Source of the DNA: Pseudomonas synxantha
Lineage (GTDB): Bacteria > Actinomycetota > Actinomycetes > Actinomycetales > Microbacteriaceae
NCBI GenBank assembly: GCA_943371805.1
Contig: CALRWH020000001.1
Coordinates: 1-57,244, forward strand
Direction of reading: 5' to 3'
DNA: 57,244 nucleotides
In this document: in pieces, positions 20,334 through 28,582 of the stretch
Position numbering within the stretch: position 1 is the stretch's first letter
Layout: each line of letters starts with the position of its first letter
The notes under the pieces: model-generated
The model's input: only the letters and a program-made list of their open reading frames with translations
Databases searched by the model: none
What the model was told of the DNA's origin: nothing
Made by a program: the position numbers and the translations under genes

Positions 20334-22197
20334 GCGTCGTGAGTCCGTGTTCGGTCTTTTCCCAGTAGTGCGGCTTCGTGAGCAACTGCCACAGGCCCTT
20401 GTAGGCCGCGATCGAGTGCAAGAGCCAATAGACGGGATTCAACAGTGCCCACAGCACGAGGTGGAACGTTCCGCGCTTATAGGGGCCCATCATCGAGAGG
20501 TAGATCATGATGACGTTGCCGAAGACGAAGTTCAGCAACGTCAACCACAAGAGCCACAGCGGAAAGAGCTCGACGAGAGCCCCGACCGGCAAGAAGATCG
20601 TGAAAACCGTCACGATGTAGAACGGAATCACGCCCAAGAACGTGGCCGGGGTTCCGGCGATCAAGAGCACGAAACTCAGGAATCGTCGCAGTCCGATCTG
20701 CCGAATGAGCGCAACCGGCTGGCGTGCGTGCACGAGGGTCGTCTGCATATAGCCCTTGATCCACCGTGAGCGCTGCCGAATGAAGTTCGGAATCGAGGTG
20801 TTCGCCTCTTCCATGGTTGTCGAGTTGATGACTCCGACGCGATACCCCAGAGCACTCGCGCGAATGCCGAGGTCGGCGTCTTCCGTGACGTTGTATGGGT
20901 CCCAGCCCCCCAGCTCAATGAGCGCCGACGTGCGGAAGTGGTTGGAGGTTCCGCCGAGCGGAATCGGCAGGTCGCCCAAGTCGAGCCCGGCGAGCATGTA
21001 GTCGAACCAATAGCTGTACTCGAGCGTGAACATGCGCGTGAGCGCGTTTTCGCGGTCGTTGAAGTAGTTCAACGATGCCTGCACGCAGACGGTTTCGTCG
21101 CCGCCTCGACGGAAGGCTACGACCGCTTTCTTGAGCTGATCCGGGTCGGGAGTGTCTTCGGCGTCATAAATGACGAGAAAGTCGCCCGTGGCGAAGAACA
21201 GGCCCACATTGCAGGCGCGCGGCTTTGTCTGGGGCTGACCCTTCGGAATCGTGACGATGCGAAAGTGGGGCGGGGGGTTCGACGTGAGCACGGCATCCCG
21301 CGTCTCATCGTCTTCTTCTTCGATGAGAATGAGCACCTCGAGCTTCTCGGTGGGGTAATCGAGTCCCCCGAGATTGCGAATGAGTTGGCCGACGATGTTC
21401 GCCTCGCGAAACACCGGAACGAGCACGGTGTACCGCGGCAAGTCACGATCGACGAGCGCATGCACTTGTGCTTTGGTGATGCGCTCGACGACGTCGTAGC
21501 GCGCGCCGCGCATCGCCACGAGGAACTTGAAGCTCGTTCCGGCCAGAAAGACGATGCTCATGACCGCAAGCGCCGCAATGGCCGTCTCTGCCGGCCACAC
21601 CACGGCCGCGGCAACGACGAGAACCGCAGAAACCGCGCCGATCACCTTTTGGCTGCGACTGAAGGTAATGCGCGCCGACATGGCAGGGTTCTGCCGCCAC
21701 AACTCGTTTGCCGCGTCATCCGCGATCTCTGCGTGAAAGAGCCGAAGGCACGCGTTCTTGATGTCCCACGAAGTCGTGGCGACAAACTGCAGCTCACCAC
21801 CGCCGAGCAGTGAACGGATGCGCTCAACCCGCTGCGGGGCCACACCGCGGGCGGTGGCCACGATGATCGTGCCGGCAGCGTTGCGCTTGAGGGGCAACCA
21901 GTTCTCGGCGATGTACCGCTGGCCGGGTACTCGCCGCACGAGGTCGTCGTCAAACTTGACCGCCGCGAGGTCGACCGGATGAATCCCCCACGAGTGGGCT
22001 TCGGCGAGCAACAGAGTCTCAGAGTCGAGCAACCCCTGGCTGATGAGAACTTGGTCGATGTGAGCGCCCGTGCGCTGCTTGACCTGGCGCGCATAGGCGA
22101 GATTCTCGGGCGTAACGAGACCCGCATCGAGCAACAGCTGCGCAAACGCCTCGCTGTCGGTCACGCCAGGCCGCGATGTCCCTCCCCCCAGAGTCAT
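20317..22197 (-). CDS. Processive GT2 glycosyltransferase with N-terminal MshEN/T2SSE_N-like domain
   Basis: VLVPVFREA, TKPRACN, YDAED, VTEDADLG, QRSRW (QxxRW); N-terminal LLxxGLV/LISQGLL helical repeats. Confidence 0.88.
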   Translation of the reverse strand: MTLGGGTSRPGVTDSEAFAQLLLDAGLVTPENLAYARQVKQRTGAHIDQVLISQGLLDSETLLLAEAHSWGIHPVDLAAVKFDDDLVRRVPGQRYIAENWLPLKRNAAGTIIVATARGVAPQRVERIRSLLGGGELQFVATTSWDIKNACLRLFHAEIADDAANELWRQNPAMSARITFSRSQKVIGAVSAVLVVAAAVVWPAETAIAALAVMSIVFLAGTSFKFLVAMRGARYDVVERITKAQVHALVDRDLPRYTVLVPVFREANIVGQLIRNLGGLDYPTEKLEVLILIEEEDDETRDAVLTSNPPPHFRIVTIPKGQPQTKPRACNVGLFFATGDFLVIYDAEDTPDPDQLKKAVVAFRRGGDETVCVQASLNYFNDRENALTRMFTLEYSYWFDYMLAGLDLGDLPIPLGGTSNHFRTSALIELGGWDPYNVTEDADLGIRASALGYRVGVINSTTMEEANTSIPNFIRQRSRWIKGYMQTTLVHARQPVALIRQIGLRRFLSFVLLIAGTPATFLGVIPFYIVTVFTIFLPVGALVELFPLWLLWLTLLNFVFGNVIMIYLSMMGPYKRGTFHLVLWALLNPVYWLLHSIAAYKGLWQLLTKPHYWEKTEHGLTTHVQHD

Positions 22198-22212
22198 GCC
22201 TCAAGCCTAGGC

Positions 22213-22254
22213 AAGAAAAGCTCCGGTTGCTCGCCCCCTAACGGGGCAACGAGC
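22213..22254 (-). terminator. Terminator of the Gly-Cys-Val tRNA operon
   Basis: Minus strand GCTCGTTGCCCCGTTAGGGGGCGAGCAACCGGAGC followed by TTTTCTT. Confidence 0.6.
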
Positions 22255-22263
22255 GTGACGTGC

Positions 22264-22336
22264 TGGTGGGCGATACGGGGATCGAACCAGCGCGAGCGCT
22301 ACAGCGCTCGCGAGGTCGCTGGTTCGAGTGAATCGA
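22264..22336 (-). repeat. tRNA-Val-derived hairpin element: direct copy of the tRNA 3' end, inverted copy of the T-arm region and a central palindrome
   Basis: 22264-22290 matches 22337-22363 at 26/27 nt; 22312-22327 is an inverted 15/16 copy of GAGGTCACTGGTTCGA; GCGAGCGC-TGTA-GCGCTCGC lies between them. Confidence 0.85.
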
Positions 22337-22411
22337 TGGTGGGCGATACTGGGATCGAACCAGTGACCTCTTCCGTGTCAGGGAAGCGCGCTACCGCTGC
22401 GCCAATCGCCC
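22337..22411 (-). tRNA. tRNA-Val(GAC)
   Basis: GGGCGAT/ATCGCCC acceptor stem, anticodon arm CTTCC-CTGACAC-GGAAG, GTTCGA T-loop, encoded CCA. Confidence 0.97.
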
Positions 22412-22459
22412 ATTCGCATGGGGTGTTGCTGGTGGAACGAAAACTCGGTGGTGCGAGTG

Positions 22460-22530
22460 AGGTGGCGACGGGATTCGAACCCGTGTGCACGGCTTTGCAG
22501 GCCGCTGCCTCGCCTCTCGGCCACGCCACC
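22460..22530 (-). tRNA. tRNA-Cys(GCA)
   Basis: GGTGGCG/CGCCACC acceptor stem, CGGC-CTGCAAA-GCCG anticodon arm, GTTCGAATC, U discriminator. Confidence 0.96.
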
Positions 22531-22567
22531 GTGGGCAACAGCCCACCTCACAGAGGGCCATTACTCG

Positions 22568-22639
22568 AGCGGATGACGAGATTCGAACTCGCGACCCTCA
22601 CCTTGGCAAGGTGATGCGCTACCACTGCGCCACATCCGC
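22568..22639 (-). tRNA. tRNA-Gly(GCC)
   Basis: GCGGATG/CATCCGC acceptor stem, CACC-TTGCCAA-GGTG anticodon arm, GTTCGAATC. Confidence 0.97.
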
Positions 22640-22776
22640 ATTTCGCTCCCGTAACCGGGTGCAGTGAGACTCTAGCCCACGATTTCGGTCTGGGCCAAAC
22701 CGACCCGCCCTGCCGCGTCATCGAGCTCGGCGCTGTTCCGAAGCGCCCCACGGTTTATGGCAAGATAGGGGCGCAC

Positions 22777-22852
22777 GGGCGATTGGCGCAGTTGGTAGCG
22801 CGCTTCCTTCACACGGAAGAGGTCATCAGTTCGAGTCTGGTATCGCCCACCA
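22777..22852 (+). tRNA. tRNA-Val(CAC)
   Basis: GGGCGAT/ATCGCCC acceptor stem, CTTCC-TTCACAC-GGAAG anticodon arm, encoded CCA; divergent from the Gly-Cys-Val operon. Confidence 0.97.
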
Positions 22853-22887
22853 CAACTCTCCTTCTGACGAGGCCACCGTGCTTCAGT

Positions 22888-23934
22888 TCAGTTGTTTCGG
22901 GAGCGCTCGACCGCTGCTGTCACGCCGACAGCGAGGGCCCAGCAGGCCACTCCCCCGAGCGCTGACGCGAGCCCGACTGACACGAGGGCACCGAGCTGCC
23001 CCGCGATGAGCGCGGTCGAGCCCGTGGCGGCCATCCCGAAGCCGTCGGCGAGAAGAGCAAGCACCGTGCCTCCGATTGCGGCCGCGACGATCACGGCGAC
23101 ACAGCCCCTCTTCACGAGATCTGCGCCATCGGGGGCTCGCGCGACCACTGCTGCTGCCCCAGCGGAGCCGACTACGGCCGCGAGGACAAGGGCGACCGGA
23201 GCGAGAAACGCAGCGCCCAGCCCCACCGACGCCCACGCGGCGCTGGCTCCCGCCACCAAGCTAGCCGGACGGAAGGGCCGCGCGGCGATGAGCTCGATGA
23301 GCACCCACACCACGGCGCCGAGCGTGAGGGCTGCGAGAGAGTTCACGACAATGCGCACGCTCGACTCGCTCACCGCGCGCTCGAGACCGAGCATCCATCC
23401 CGTCGCCCCAACCGTGACGAGCAGCGTAGCGATGAAAGCTCGCGAAAGGCTTACGGCCGGGTCTGGGTCTCTCGGGGCCCGCGGCGCCCTCGAGAGCCCA
23501 CTGAGCACCCAGAGAGACGACGCTGCGGCCACGTGGGTCGCGAGCACGGCGGCGGAGTCAATGGCTCCAAATACCGTCTGAACGAGAGACGGCACGGTGC
23601 CGACAAGGGCGGCGAAGACGGGCTGGAACACCACCAGGCTCCACGTCACGGCTAACACGGCGCCGCCGAGTACTCCGAGGTATCGGGCAGCGATAACGGC
23701 GACGGATGCGGCCAGGGAACCACCCGCCGCGGCATTGAAGACCGTGGCGGCACCGTCTGTGCCCGACCAGAGTGCTGCGCTCACCACGACTGACACCACC
23801 GCTGCCGCGATGCCAGCACCCATCATCACGGCCACCAACGCGCGCCGAGAACGAAAGACCATCACGAGCGCCCACGGAACACACAGCACTGCACCCGCAC
23901 ACACCAGGTGCATCAGAGGGTCTGTCGCACCCAC
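22888..23934 (-). CDS. Highly diverged ammonium-transporter (Amt) paralogue
   Basis: Collinear with the neighbouring Amt: WSLVVFQPV~WATIVYFPV, GAIDSAAVLATHV~GAIDFAGGTAVHI, NSLAA..WVLIE~NTIAA..WLIVE, LLADGFG..GS~FFANGTG..GS. Confidence 0.8.
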   Translation of the reverse strand: MGATDPLMHLVCAGAVLCVPWALVMVFRSRRALVAVMMGAGIAAAVVSVVVSAALWSGTDGAATVFNAAAGGSLAASVAVIAARYLGVLGGAVLAVTWSLVVFQPVFAALVGTVPSLVQTVFGAIDSAAVLATHVAAASSLWVLSGLSRAPRAPRDPDPAVSLSRAFIATLLVTVGATGWMLGLERAVSESSVRIVVNSLAALTLGAVVWVLIELIAARPFRPASLVAGASAAWASVGLGAAFLAPVALVLAAVVGSAGAAAVVARAPDGADLVKRGCVAVIVAAAIGGTVLALLADGFGMAATGSTALIAGQLGALVSVGLASALGGVACWALAVGVTAAVERSRNN

Positions 23935-23992
23935 ATCGACTCCGCCGTCTCACAGACATCGCTGTCTACCCACCGTGCCCCGCGACGCCGAA

Positions 23993-24022
23993 GGGCGCTA
24001 CTCCCTTGCGAGAGTAGCGCCC
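23993..24022 (-). terminator. Strong hairpin between amt and its paralogue
   Basis: GGGCGCTACTC-8 nt loop-GAGTAGCGCCC, an 11-bp perfect stem with a weak U-tract. Confidence 0.55.
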
Positions 24023-24055
24023 CGGTTCCCGCGAACGGGAGGTGAAGCAGAGTGC

Positions 24056-25321
24056 TTACTTGGCGTCGAGAACGTACCCGGCTTCGCCGTGCACGATCGG
24101 GTCGATGCCCGCGATCTCGTCTTCTTCGGTGACCCGGAAGCCCATGGTCTTCTCGATTGCCAGGCCGATGATGTACGCCATGACGAACGAGTAGATCATC
24201 ACCGTGAAGGCAGCAATCGCCTGCACGAGCAGCTGCGTGAACGAACCGCTGTAGATGAGGCCGGTGCCGTTGGCGAAGAAGCCCAGGTACAGCGTTCCGA
24301 TGAGACCACCGACGAGGTGGATACCCACGACGTCGAGCGAGTCGTCGAAGCCGAGCTTGAACTTCAGGTCAACAGCGAGGGCGCAGAGAGCACCGGCGAG
24401 CAGACCCAGAACGATCGCCCACACCGGAGTCAGCGACGCACACGCAGGGGTGATGGCAACGAGACCAGCAACGGCACCCGACGCGGCACCGATCGAGGTC
24501 GGCTTGCCGTCCTTGATCTTCTCGACAATGAGCCAAGCGAGCAACGCGGCAGCCGGAGCGGCGATCGTGTTGATGAACGCGAGGGCGGCAACGCCGTCAG
24601 CGGCGAGCTCCGAGCCCGCGTTGAAGCCGAACCAGCCGAACCACAGCAGACCAGCGCCGAGGAGCACGAACGGCGGGTTGTGAGGAACGTGCGCGCCCTT
24701 GGCGAAGCCAACGCGCTTGCCGAGAACGAGAGCGAGAGCCAGAGCAGCCGCGCCCGCGTTGATGTGCACCGCGGTGCCACCGGCGAAGTCAATCGCGCCG
24801 ACGCCGAAGAACTCCTGCATGCCGTAGGTGATCCAGCCACCGTCAGTGAAGGCGAGCGTCTCGGGGTCGAGCGTGAAGTTGAACACCCAGCTCGCGACGG
24901 GGAAGTAAACGATGGTCGCCCACAGACCCGCGAAGAGCATCCAGGCACCGAACTTCGCGCGGTCAGCGATGGCACCCGAAATGAGCGCCACGGTGATGAT
25001 CGCGAAGGTCGCCTGGAAGGCAGCAAAGGCGAGCGGCGGGAAGGCAGCGCCCTCGGGAACCTCGAGCAAGCTCGCAAGGCCCAGCGCACCCGTGTCGATG
25101 CCGATGAGGCCATCAATGCCGACGTTGTTGGCGAAGGTGATGGCGTATCCGTACAGCACCCACAGAACGCCGATGAGACCGATAGCTCCAAAGCTCAGCA
25201 TCATCATGCTGATGACGCTCTTGGCCTTGACGAGTCCTCCGTAGAAGAACGCAAGCCCAGGAGTCATCAGCAGCACGAGCGCTGCGCAAATGAGGAGGAA
25301 GGCAGTGTTGCCCTGATCCAT
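24056..25321 (-). CDS. amtB: Ammonium transporter
   Basis: MTPGLAFFYGG, FQATFA, DFAGGTAVH, WFGWFGFNAGS, DDSLDVVGIH; AGAGG RBS. Confidence 0.97.
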   Translation of the reverse strand: MDQGNTAFLLICAALVLLMTPGLAFFYGGLVKAKSVISMMMLSFGAIGLIGVLWVLYGYAITFANNVGIDGLIGIDTGALGLASLLEVPEGAAFPPLAFAAFQATFAIITVALISGAIADRAKFGAWMLFAGLWATIVYFPVASWVFNFTLDPETLAFTDGGWITYGMQEFFGVGAIDFAGGTAVHINAGAAALALALVLGKRVGFAKGAHVPHNPPFVLLGAGLLWFGWFGFNAGSELAADGVAALAFINTIAAPAAALLAWLIVEKIKDGKPTSIGAASGAVAGLVAITPACASLTPVWAIVLGLLAGALCALAVDLKFKLGFDDSLDVVGIHLVGGLIGTLYLGFFANGTGLIYSGSFTQLLVQAIAAFTVMIYSFVMAYIIGLAIEKTMGFRVTEEDEIAGIDPIVHGEAGYVLDAK

Positions 25322-25428
25322 GTCAAACCTCTCTTATGGTGGCAAAGGGACTGCCCGACTCGAGGACTCAGGTTCGGGACATGACTCCCCCGGCGAGTCC
25401 GGGCACATGCACAGTGTTGGCCGGAGAG

Positions 25429-25466
25429 GTTTCGGCAGGTGTGTCGGCATGTTTCCCAGGTGTTAC
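25429..25466 (-). promoter_or_regulatory. GlnR box upstream of amtB
   Basis: Minus strand GTAAC-n6-GAAAC-n17-GAAAC, matching the actinobacterial GlnR consensus gTnAc-n6-GaAAc with 11/22-bp periodicity. Confidence 0.8.
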
Positions 25467-25514
25467 ACGCACAGCCCTCAGGTAAACATCGCGTTTCGTG
25501 GATGCTCGAATCGC

Positions 25515-26879
25515 CTAGGAGCTCACCCTGTCGTCGTCGAACACGTCGGGAATGCCGTCACCGTCGGCATCGAGCTTCTCGTCGGCGAGTTGTCGCTTGC
25601 GCTGCCGATTGCGCGTACCGAGCAAAGCAACGGCCAGCAGAGCGGCGATCAGTGAGCCGAGCAGGATTCCGACCTTGCCGACATCGTCGAGCGCACTGCC
25701 TTGACCGAAGCTGAGTTCGCTGATCAAGAGCGAGACGGTGAATCCCATGCCGGCGAGCAGCGCAAGCCCAATAAGGTCGACCCACCGCACGCCGCGCGGC
25801 AACGACACTCCCGGAAGGCGCGTCACGAGCCAGGTGGCCACCGTAATGCCGACCGTCTTGCCGACCACAAGCCCGAGCATGATGCCCATGGCGACGGGGC
25901 TCGTCACAGCATCCACCAGCCCGTTCCAGCCGCCGACGGCAACGCCCGCCGAGAAGAAGGCGAAGACCGGAACCGCGACACCGGCACTCAAGGGGCGGTA
26001 CCGGTGCTCGAACAACTCGGCAAGGCCCATGCGGGGGCCGAGCCCGTCGTCGTCTCCACCCTTCGCCCTTACCGGGATGGCGAAGGCGAGCAAAACGCCC
26101 GCGACCGTCGCGTGCACGCCCGACTCGTACATGAAGAACCAGACGATGAGCCCGATCGGCATCAAGATGAACCACGCCGCCGTCTCGCGGGCACGGAAGA
26201 ACTCTTGGAATCGCTGGGCGATGACCGCGTACACCGCGAGGCCCACGAACGAGGCAATGAGGAAGGCCGGAGCAAGATCGGTCGTGTAGAAGAACGCGAT
26301 GATCGTGATGGCGATGAGGTCATCGACGACCGCAAGCGTCAACAGGAAAGTACGCAAGGCAAGCGGCAACGACGTGCCGACGACCGCGAGCACGGCGAGG
26401 GCAAAGGCAATGTCCGTCGCGACGGGGATGGCCCAGCCGCGCTGCGCCTCGGCACCCGCGTCGAGCGTCACGATGACGTAGATCACCGCAGGGAGCACGA
26501 CGCCGCCGACGGCCGCGACGACGGGCACGAGCGCCTTGCGCGGGTCACGCAATTCGCCGGCAATGAACTCGCGCTTGAGTTCGAGCCCCGCGAGAAAGAA
26601 GAAGATCGCGAGCAGGCCGTCGGCTGCAATGTGGCCGACCGAGATCTTCCACGACGCTTCGCCGAAGCCAATCGTGAGGTAGGTGTCACGCAAGCTGAAG
26701 TAGGCCTCACCCCACCCGGAGTTCGCGACGATCAAGGCGAGCACCGTCGCCGCGAGCAGCAGAATGCCGCCGACCGTCTCACGGCGCAGAATGCGTTCAA
26801 TCCAGAGCGACTCGCGATAACGGCGTTGCGCGCTTGTCAGAGGAGCGGCGATCGATACAGGGTGCGGCGACTCGGTCAT
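25515..26879 (-). CDS. nhaA: Na+/H+ antiporter NhaA
   Basis: [40 protein letters not shown]; start after GGAAGG (alternative ATG at 26897). Confidence 0.95.
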   Translation of the reverse strand: MTESPHPVSIAAPLTSAQRRYRESLWIERILRRETVGGILLLAATVLALIVANSGWGEAYFSLRDTYLTIGFGEASWKISVGHIAADGLLAIFFFLAGLELKREFIAGELRDPRKALVPVVAAVGGVVLPAVIYVIVTLDAGAEAQRGWAIPVATDIAFALAVLAVVGTSLPLALRTFLLTLAVVDDLIAITIIAFFYTTDLAPAFLIASFVGLAVYAVIAQRFQEFFRARETAAWFILMPIGLIVWFFMYESGVHATVAGVLLAFAIPVRAKGGDDDGLGPRMGLAELFEHRYRPLSAGVAVPVFAFFSAGVAVGGWNGLVDAVTSPVAMGIMLGLVVGKTVGITVATWLVTRLPGVSLPRGVRWVDLIGLALLAGMGFTVSLLISELSFGQGSALDDVGKVGILLGSLIAALLAVALLGTRNRQRKRQLADEKLDADGDGIPDVFDDDRVSS

Positions 26880-26937
26880 GAGGCCTTCCGGGGTCATGAT
26901 CTGCGGCTCTTTGAGCCCAGACTCACCAATCAGCGAT

Positions 26938-26994
26938 CCGCCGAGTGCTCTCGGCGGGCCGACCAGACTTCCCGGCGCTCCGCTCTCGAGTCTA
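26938..26994 (-). promoter_or_regulatory. nhaA promoter (-10 TAGACT) and structured 5' leader, candidate cis-regulatory RNA
   Basis: TAGACT at 26989-26994, then GGAGCGCCGGGAAGTCTGGTCGGC and hairpin CCGCCGAG-AGCA-CTCGGCGG. Confidence 0.5.
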
Positions 26995-28011
26995 CGCGGT
27001 GGTGAGGGCGATCATGCGGGAGGTGGCCCGCAGGTACTTCTTGCGGTATCCACCACTCAACATGTCGTCGGGGAAGACCTGATCGAGTGGCACCCCCGTG
27101 GCGTGGATGCGCACTTGAGCGTCATAAAGCCGGTCAACGAGAGCGACCAGACGGAGGGCATCCGTCTGATTCGACAGCACCTCAACGTCGGTCAGCCCGA
27201 TCGCGTCGAGACCGCGAATAAGGCCGACGTATCGACTCGGGTGCACGGTCGCGAGATGGGCCAGCACGTCAGCGAACCGGTCGACCGTCACCGCGCCTGA
27301 CTCGGCCTCGACTCGTGCCGCGAATTCATCGTTCGTGAGAGTCACGGCGTGACCTTCGATATCGCGCTTTCGATAGTCTTCGCCGTCGATGCGCACGGTC
27401 GTGAAGCGGTCGGCGAGCGCATTGATTTCGCGCAAGAAGTCTTGAGCGGCGAAGCGCCCTTCACCCAGCGCGTGCGGCGGAGTGTTCGAGGTTGCCGCGA
27501 TGCGCGTGCCGCTCGCGACGAGCTCACCGAGCAGTCGCGACATCACCATGGTGTCGCCCGGGTCGTCGAGCTCGAACTCGTCAATCGCGATGAGCGTCGC
27601 ACCGCGAAAGTGTGCAACGGCGTCGCGATAGCCGAGCGCGCCGACAATCGCGGTGTACTCGATGAACGTGCCGAAATAGGTGCGACCGCGCGTGCGGTGC
27701 CACAGCGCGGCGAGCAAGTGGGTCTTGCCGACGCCAAAGCCGCCGTCGAGATAGATGCCTGGCTTGGCGACGGGCGCCGACGACCGGCGCGAAAAGAGCC
27801 CCCGAGAGGGCGCCTCGGTCTCGCCCGCGAACGTGCGCATGGCCTCGACCGCCTCGGCCTGAGAGGGGTAACGCGGGTCAGGCTCGTAGTTCTCGAGGCT
27901 TGCCGTGGCGAACTGCGGAGGCGGAACGAGGTGACCGACCAGTTCGGCGGCGGTCATGCCCGGCTGCCGGTCGGTGAGCCGCGCAGCGGTCGTGCCAGGG
28001 TGCACCGTCAT
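26992..28011 (-). CDS. zapE: Cell division protein ZapE (AFG1-like ATPase)
   Basis: [36 protein letters not shown]. Confidence 0.93.
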   Translation of the reverse strand: MTVHPGTTAARLTDRQPGMTAAELVGHLVPPPQFATASLENYEPDPRYPSQAEAVEAMRTFAGETEAPSRGLFSRRSSAPVAKPGIYLDGGFGVGKTHLLAALWHRTRGRTYFGTFIEYTAIVGALGYRDAVAHFRGATLIAIDEFELDDPGDTMVMSRLLGELVASGTRIAATSNTPPHALGEGRFAAQDFLREINALADRFTTVRIDGEDYRKRDIEGHAVTLTNDEFAARVEAESGAVTVDRFADVLAHLATVHPSRYVGLIRGLDAIGLTDVEVLSNQTDALRLVALVDRLYDAQVRIHATGVPLDQVFPDDMLSGGYRKKYLRATSRMIALTTA

Positions 28012-28147
28012 CGTTCGCTCTCAGGCTTCGCGCACTCACGGGGATTCTCGTGGCGCCCAGCCAGAGTGCAGGTCATGAGTCGTGGGCGGTGGTCTCGAGT
28101 TTACCGGGGCGCAGATGCGCGAACGCCGTGCCGCTAGCGTTGACGGC

Positions 28148-28582
28148 GTGATCGACCTTCCCGCCTCACTCGCCGAGATTCGCGACGACTTTCTCTCGTT
28201 CAGCGAGGCCGACCGGCTGCAGCTGCTGCTCGAGTTTTCGAACGAGCTGCCTGAGGTGTCGCAGAAGTATCGCGAACGTCCTGAACTGCTCGAACGCGTC
28301 GAAGAGTGCCAGTCGCCCGTCTATTTCATTGCCGATGTTTCACCGACGGGTCGCGTCGACGTGCACGTGACGGCTCCGGCTGAAGCCCCGACAACGCGCG
28401 GCTTTGCGTCGATCATCGCCCAAGGTTTGAGCGGGCTCTCTGCCCCCGAGGTTCTGGCTGTTCCCGACGACTTCGCGCTCATGCTCGGGCTCAGCGGCGC
28501 CGTGAGCCCCCTGCGTCTCAACGGCATGTCGGGCATGCTGTGGCGCGTCAAGCGCCAGGTGCTCGCGAAGGTGGCCGCGTAG
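28148..28582 (+). CDS. SufE family Fe-S/sulfur transfer protein
   Basis: RLQLLLEF, VEECQSPV, EAPTTRGFA, VSPLRLNG; likely leaderless GTG after TAGCGT. Confidence 0.9.
   Translation: MIDLPASLAEIRDDFLSFSEADRLQLLLEFSNELPEVSQKYRERPELLERVEECQSPVYFIADVSPTGRVDVHVTAPAEAPTTRGFASIIAQGLSGLSAPEVLAVPDDFALMLGLSGAVSPLRLNGMSGMLWRVKRQVLAKVAA

Noticed and set aside
19149-22336. Integrative element at tRNA-Val carrying the GT2 module
   Set aside because: The duplicated tRNA 3' end encloses only 46 bp; the GT genes lie outside it; no integrase and no second att copy seen near thrS
22264-22411. CRISPR-like repeat-spacer-repeat
   Set aside because: Only two copies, one of which is the tRNA 3' end; no cas genes in the window
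22299-22751. Short ORFs across the tRNA cluster
   Set aside because: They overlap clear tRNA genes and have no protein-like features
23597-25384. 595-aa + strand ORF
   Set aside because: Antisense shadow of amtB and its paralogue; no recognisable motifs; typical of high-GC codon bias
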